DNA of 37,149 bases from a virus. Shown piece by piece: positions 34,266 through 37,149 of the stretch. How positions within the stretch are numbered: position 1 is the first letter of the stretch; every line of letters starts with the position of its first letter. The notes under the pieces are model-generated. The model worked only from the letters and a program-made list of their open reading frames with translations. It had not been told where the DNA came from and searched no databases. The position numbers and the translations under genes were made by a program. The stretch is taken from the IMG/VR virus record IMGVR_UViG_3300009702_000008, positions 1 through 37,149 of that record, one strand, 5' to 3'.

Positions 34266-34721
34266 TTATCCCGCCTTCTTTTTGCGCTTGCGAATAATTA
34301 CCTCTAACGTCGCAAATAACGGAGCCAGCTCGGCCAACCGTTCATATTTCCTTTTGAAAATAAGCAAGTCCTCAATCGCGTCATCGAGCAAACACTGTGT
34401 AAGTTGCGCGTCACTCAACACGCCAGCGATATTGCGGTATCCGCCGCTCTTAATCTTTCGATCTTTGCGCAACGAAACATAGACTTGCGTCGGGGTATCG
34501 ATCGGCGATTCCTTATAGACGACTTTGACGATCAACTTGCGTGCCTGCCACAAGCGATATTCGTGACCGGCCTTTTGGTCGTCCCACTCAAATTGTTCGT
34601 GCAACGCGGTCTTAGGGTTTTCAGCGAAACTGACGACATCCTCGGGTCGCAACAAGCCTTTGTGTTTTTTTTCTATGACCTTCAGTTCGCTTTCGATTGT
34701 TCTTTCCTTCAGTTTGACCAT
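34266..34721 (-). CDS. 151-aa protein bracketed by the two arrays (FEWDD...RLWQARKLI motif, basic C-terminus)
   Basis: ATG 34721 after GAAAGGGAAAACA. Normal coding composition. Function unknown. Confidence 0.7.
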   Translation of the reverse strand: MVKLKERTIESELKVIEKKHKGLLRPEDVVSFAENPKTALHEQFEWDDQKAGHEYRLWQARKLIVKVVYKESPIDTPTQVYVSLRKDRKIKSGGYRNIAGVLSDAQLTQCLLDDAIEDLLIFKRKYERLAELAPLFATLEVIIRKRKKKAG

Positions 34722-34746
34722 TGTTTTCCCTTTCAGTTTGTGTTAG

Positions 34747-35089
34747 GTTTCCGTTCCTGCAGTGCCGTGCCACGCCCCACCCAGCCCAACCTCGCCTGCG
34801 ATGCCAATCCTTGCCTCGCCGCGCCTTTCCAATCCACGCCTTTCCTTGCCTGCGATGCCGTGCCTTGCCCATCCGTAGCGATCCCCGCCCTTCCACGCCT
34901 GCGATGCCATGCCGGTCCCGTCCATTCCCCGCCACGCCATTCCACGCCTCGCCTGCGATGCCGTGCCGGTCCCCGCCCAGCCAGTCCTATCCTTGCCGCT
35001 CCGCGCCTGCGACGCCAAGCCAATCCAGTCCGATCCTCGCCAATCCAAGCCTGTCCGATCCTGCGGTGCATGCGAAGCCATGCGGAACC
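34747..35089. repeat. Array B: paralogue of array A with a near-regular 54-bp higher-order unit
   Basis: 9-mers at 34758 (degenerate), 34797, 34851, 34900, 34954, 35008 and 35062 (degenerate). Gaps are 39, 54, 49, 54, 54, 54. Confidence 0.9.
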
Positions 35090-35135
35090 GAGCACAGCAT
35101 AGCTGCGCTCGGCCCCACAAAAACAAAAACCACGA

Positions 35136-35819
35136 CTAGGACTTTAGACGAAACGTACCCCAACCCATGCCGCAACTCTTCTTACTGTCCGGCCTGCCCT
35201 CGCCAATACCAACCTGCATCCCAACGCGCGAAAGCAAATTAGTAATGTCCTCAAACGTAAACATGTCAGCGTCAAACGTGACCGACACAACAGCCTCCCA
35301 ACCCTCAGGCCACATCGGCCTGGGTCGAATGTCAACAACGCCAGTTTCGTTCCTGACATACATCTCGAAATAATCAGGTTTGCCCTTCGTGATCTTCACC
35401 AGGGGAGTTCCATCATCCGAGTCAAAGCCATTCGCTTCGACAAAGACGGCGAGTTTAGCTCGCGTCATCGTAAACCCTACGATACGGCACGCTGAAATCA
35501 TGGCATTGCGAAACGACGGAGCAGGAATGCCGTGCCAACCTTCACGCGAAACGTGCATCGCATCCTCATAGCACTTTGCAAAATCTTTCGGCTCTCGTTT
35601 CTTTTTTCCCCTTGCTGTAGACCCCGCCTCCTGCACCGCTTTCATCTGTTCGCGAGCCTTTGCCGAGAACTTATTTTGCACATATGGAGCGGTACCGATT
35701 ATGGTAAACTCCGCCGTTCGCAGATTCGGCGGTAAAATCTGCACGTTGCGAACGCCTTTTTGTTTCGCCTTCCCGTTGTTTTTCTTTGCATCTTCCAATT
35801 CTGCAATTCGATTCGTCAT
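35136..35819 (-). CDS. Conserved-looking hypothetical protein of the recombination module (227 aa)
   Basis: ORF trimmed to ATG 35819 (GGGAGA 6 nt upstream). C-terminal ...GMQVGIGEGRPDSKKSCGMGWGTFRL. No family named with confidence. Confidence 0.7.
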   Translation of the reverse strand: MTNRIAELEDAKKNNGKAKQKGVRNVQILPPNLRTAEFTIIGTAPYVQNKFSAKAREQMKAVQEAGSTARGKKKREPKDFAKCYEDAMHVSREGWHGIPAPSFRNAMISACRIVGFTMTRAKLAVFVEANGFDSDDGTPLVKITKGKPDYFEMYVRNETGVVDIRPRPMWPEGWEAVVSVTFDADMFTFEDITNLLSRVGMQVGIGEGRPDSKKSCGMGWGTFRLKS

Positions 35820-35965
35820 CTTGTTCTCCCGTAAAAGAGTTGTTCGCAAGTTACACACTTGCGTGTTCATCACAAAACCAATCTTTCCCGACCTGATTCT
35901 CGGCAGGCTTCATGCACCAACGGTCATCATCGCGCCTGCCGCTGCAACGCTTGCCGCTAAGACGA

Positions 35966-36475
35966 TCAAAACGGTGTATCGTCCTTGTTTCGTGCAATGT
36001 TTCCGGCGATGGCGCGAAAGGTGGCACCATGCGCAGCTCCCAGCTTATCAATGTCCTGTTTTTCAAGATTTGAAAACGTGCTTTTCCCGCCGCCATCACG
36101 CGGATTGATCCATTGAACAACGAGGCTAGTCTTTCCTTCGTAGCTCTGCTCTTCAATCGTGATCGAGCATTCTGGCCACGACCGATCGGGATCGTCGAAA
36201 GCCTTAAGATCGCCATCCCATCCGAACACTTCGCAAAGGTTTTCGATCGCCCGTTCGTTTGGCGTTCCATCCTTCTTAATGATCCATGATTTGCCGAAAA
36301 TCGTCTGCCGATATTCTCCCCACGGAATCATCGAACGAGATTCATTATCCCAGTATTCCTTGAGCAAAAACAGAAACGAAACGCAAACGGCCTTTGAGTT
36401 TTCAGCCTTCCTGATTCCCGTTCCGAGCACTTCTGCAATGAATACACCCGGCCTATCAGCTTCAACGTGTGGCAT
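35966..36475 (-). CDS. DUF669-like putative ssDNA-binding protein
   Basis: 169 aa, directly downstream of the Sak4-like ATPase with a TAATG overlap. Assignment rests on context and weak resemblance only. Confidence 0.55.
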   Translation of the reverse strand: MPHVEADRPGVFIAEVLGTGIRKAENSKAVCVSFLFLLKEYWDNESRSMIPWGEYRQTIFGKSWIIKKDGTPNERAIENLCEVFGWDGDLKAFDDPDRSWPECSITIEEQSYEGKTSLVVQWINPRDGGGKSTFSNLEKQDIDKLGAAHGATFRAIAGNIARNKDDTPF

Positions 36476-37149
36476 TATTGTTTGCCTCCCAAAATGAGTT
36501 TCCAGATTTCATCCGATCCTTGCTCGTATTGAATCGTCTTGTTAACACTCCGAGACTTCGCCCAAAAAATCGGCAACTCCTGCGTATAAATCGTTCGTGT
36601 TCCGGCACCGACTGCCTTGCCGTCTTTGACCGCCTTGTCGTAATTGATAAACAGCATGTGGTCGCACCAATTCTTTACGGCGTCTCTGATTCTTCCGGTT
36701 TTCGGTGGCTGATAGAGATCGGGCTCATATCTAAGGTAATCGTCACCTTCAGGATTCGGAGCCATCGAAGTCGTCGAATGACAAACCAACACGACGTTTC
36801 GGCCAGCCCTTTTGTGACGATCCAAGTCAGCCAACAAGAGCCGAAACGTCTCCAAGACGAATTGATAACCCTTCCCATATCCATAACCTTCGATGGACGA
36901 AACACGATGTCCCTTCTCATGCGGAACTGTTTCGAGAGTATAGTTCTCCGCAAGCTGTTGCGCCTGCGTTGCCGTGTCAACAACAACGGTTTTGCAATCT
37001 TTCCAGATGCCTTCGTCCCGTAGTGCATCGCGCATATCTACAAACGTCTCTACTCCGTTGACCTGGCGTATATTCGCCTTCGATTCATCTCTATCGAGAT
37101 TCAAAAAGATCGGCGACGGCGCGAGCGATGCAAGCGAAGTCTTACCGAC
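36475..37149 (-). CDS. Sak4-like RecA-fold AAA ATPase, C-terminal segment (N-terminus at 1-261 across the junction)
   Basis: The frame runs off the window end at ...VGKTSLASLAPSPIFLNLDRDES.... Walker-B-like TVVVDTA. The full gene is about 270 aa. Confidence 0.85.
   Translation of the reverse strand, partial: VGKTSLASLAPSPIFLNLDRDESKANIRQVNGVETFVDMRDALRDEGIWKDCKTVVVDTATQAQQLAENYTLETVPHEKGHRVSSIEGYGYGKGYQFVLETFRLLLADLDRHKRAGRNVVLVCHSTTSMAPNPEGDDYLRYEPDLYQPPKTGRIRDAVKNWCDHMLFINYDKAVKDGKAVGAGTRTIYTQELPIFWAKSRSVNKTIQYEQGSDEIWKLILGGKQ
37027..37149. repeat. Terminal overlap, copy 2 (identical to 1-123)
   Basis: See copy 1. Confidence 0.95.

Noticed and set aside
33868-35089. Reading the arrays as CRISPR (conserved ~16-nt motif separated by 30-75-bp 'spacers')
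   Set aside because: The repeat is too short. The spacers are themselves the same degenerate pentamer pattern and resemble each other. Spacing follows a 4-mod-5 rule. No cas genes or leader are present.
33846-35242. ORF-track entries across the arrays (33846..34307+, 33878..34297+, 33982..34482+, 33925..34209-, 33932..34252-, 34404..35102+, 34721..35242+, 34909..35139+, 34621..35175-)
   Set aside because: Five or six frames are open at once because NN(G/T)CC units rarely form stop codons. The periodicity is 5, not 3. There are no convincing RBS or start contexts. The products are low-complexity P/A/R or G/A/R/W strings. A real Gly/Arg-rich product cannot be fully excluded without expression data.
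35851-36270. ORF 35851..36270 (also 33327..33632 and 1850..2107)
   Set aside because: They are alternative frames overlapping better-supported genes, or they lie in structured non-coding gaps. Composition is poor and there is no RBS.

Overview
The window is one complete phage genome. Bases 1-123 are repeated exactly at 37027-37149, so the unique length is about 37,026 bp, either circularly closed or with a direct terminal repeat. Every convincing gene is on the minus strand; the plus-strand ORFs look like shadows. Modules in transcription order (descending coordinates, wrapping through the junction): (1) an early operon from a near-consensus promoter at 3231-3203, with small Zn-ribbon and HTH proteins, a Cas4-like PD-(D/E)XK exonuclease, a Sak4-like RecA-fold ATPase split by the linearisation point, a DUF669-like protein, a 227-aa unknown and a VRR-NUC nuclease; (2) a second promoter at 33515-33488 driving a lambda-O-like replisome organizer with internal iterons and a DnaC-like loader; (3) an accessory block at 31.7-25.6 kb with small membrane and Zn-ribbon proteins, a compact C5-cytosine MTase, a peptide plus lipoprotein pair, a tRNA-like element and a Dam-type MTase; (4) HNH endonuclease, TerL, portal, HK97-type protease and capsid, connectors, major tail protein, G/GT chaperones with a GGGAAAC slip site, tape measure, and about 11 kb of unusual tail-tip and fibre genes (a Cys-rich repeat protein, beta-helix paralogues, a YkgJ-like Cys-cluster protein, a LamG-like protein). 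The standout is 33868-35089. Two diverged paralogous arrays, about 400 and 340 bp, are built from degenerate 5-nt units NN(G/T)CC. They are punctuated by a conserved CCTGCGATGCC motif and bracket a 151-aa ORF. I cannot assign this to any element class I know. All functional calls come from motif recognition by eye; no database search was run.
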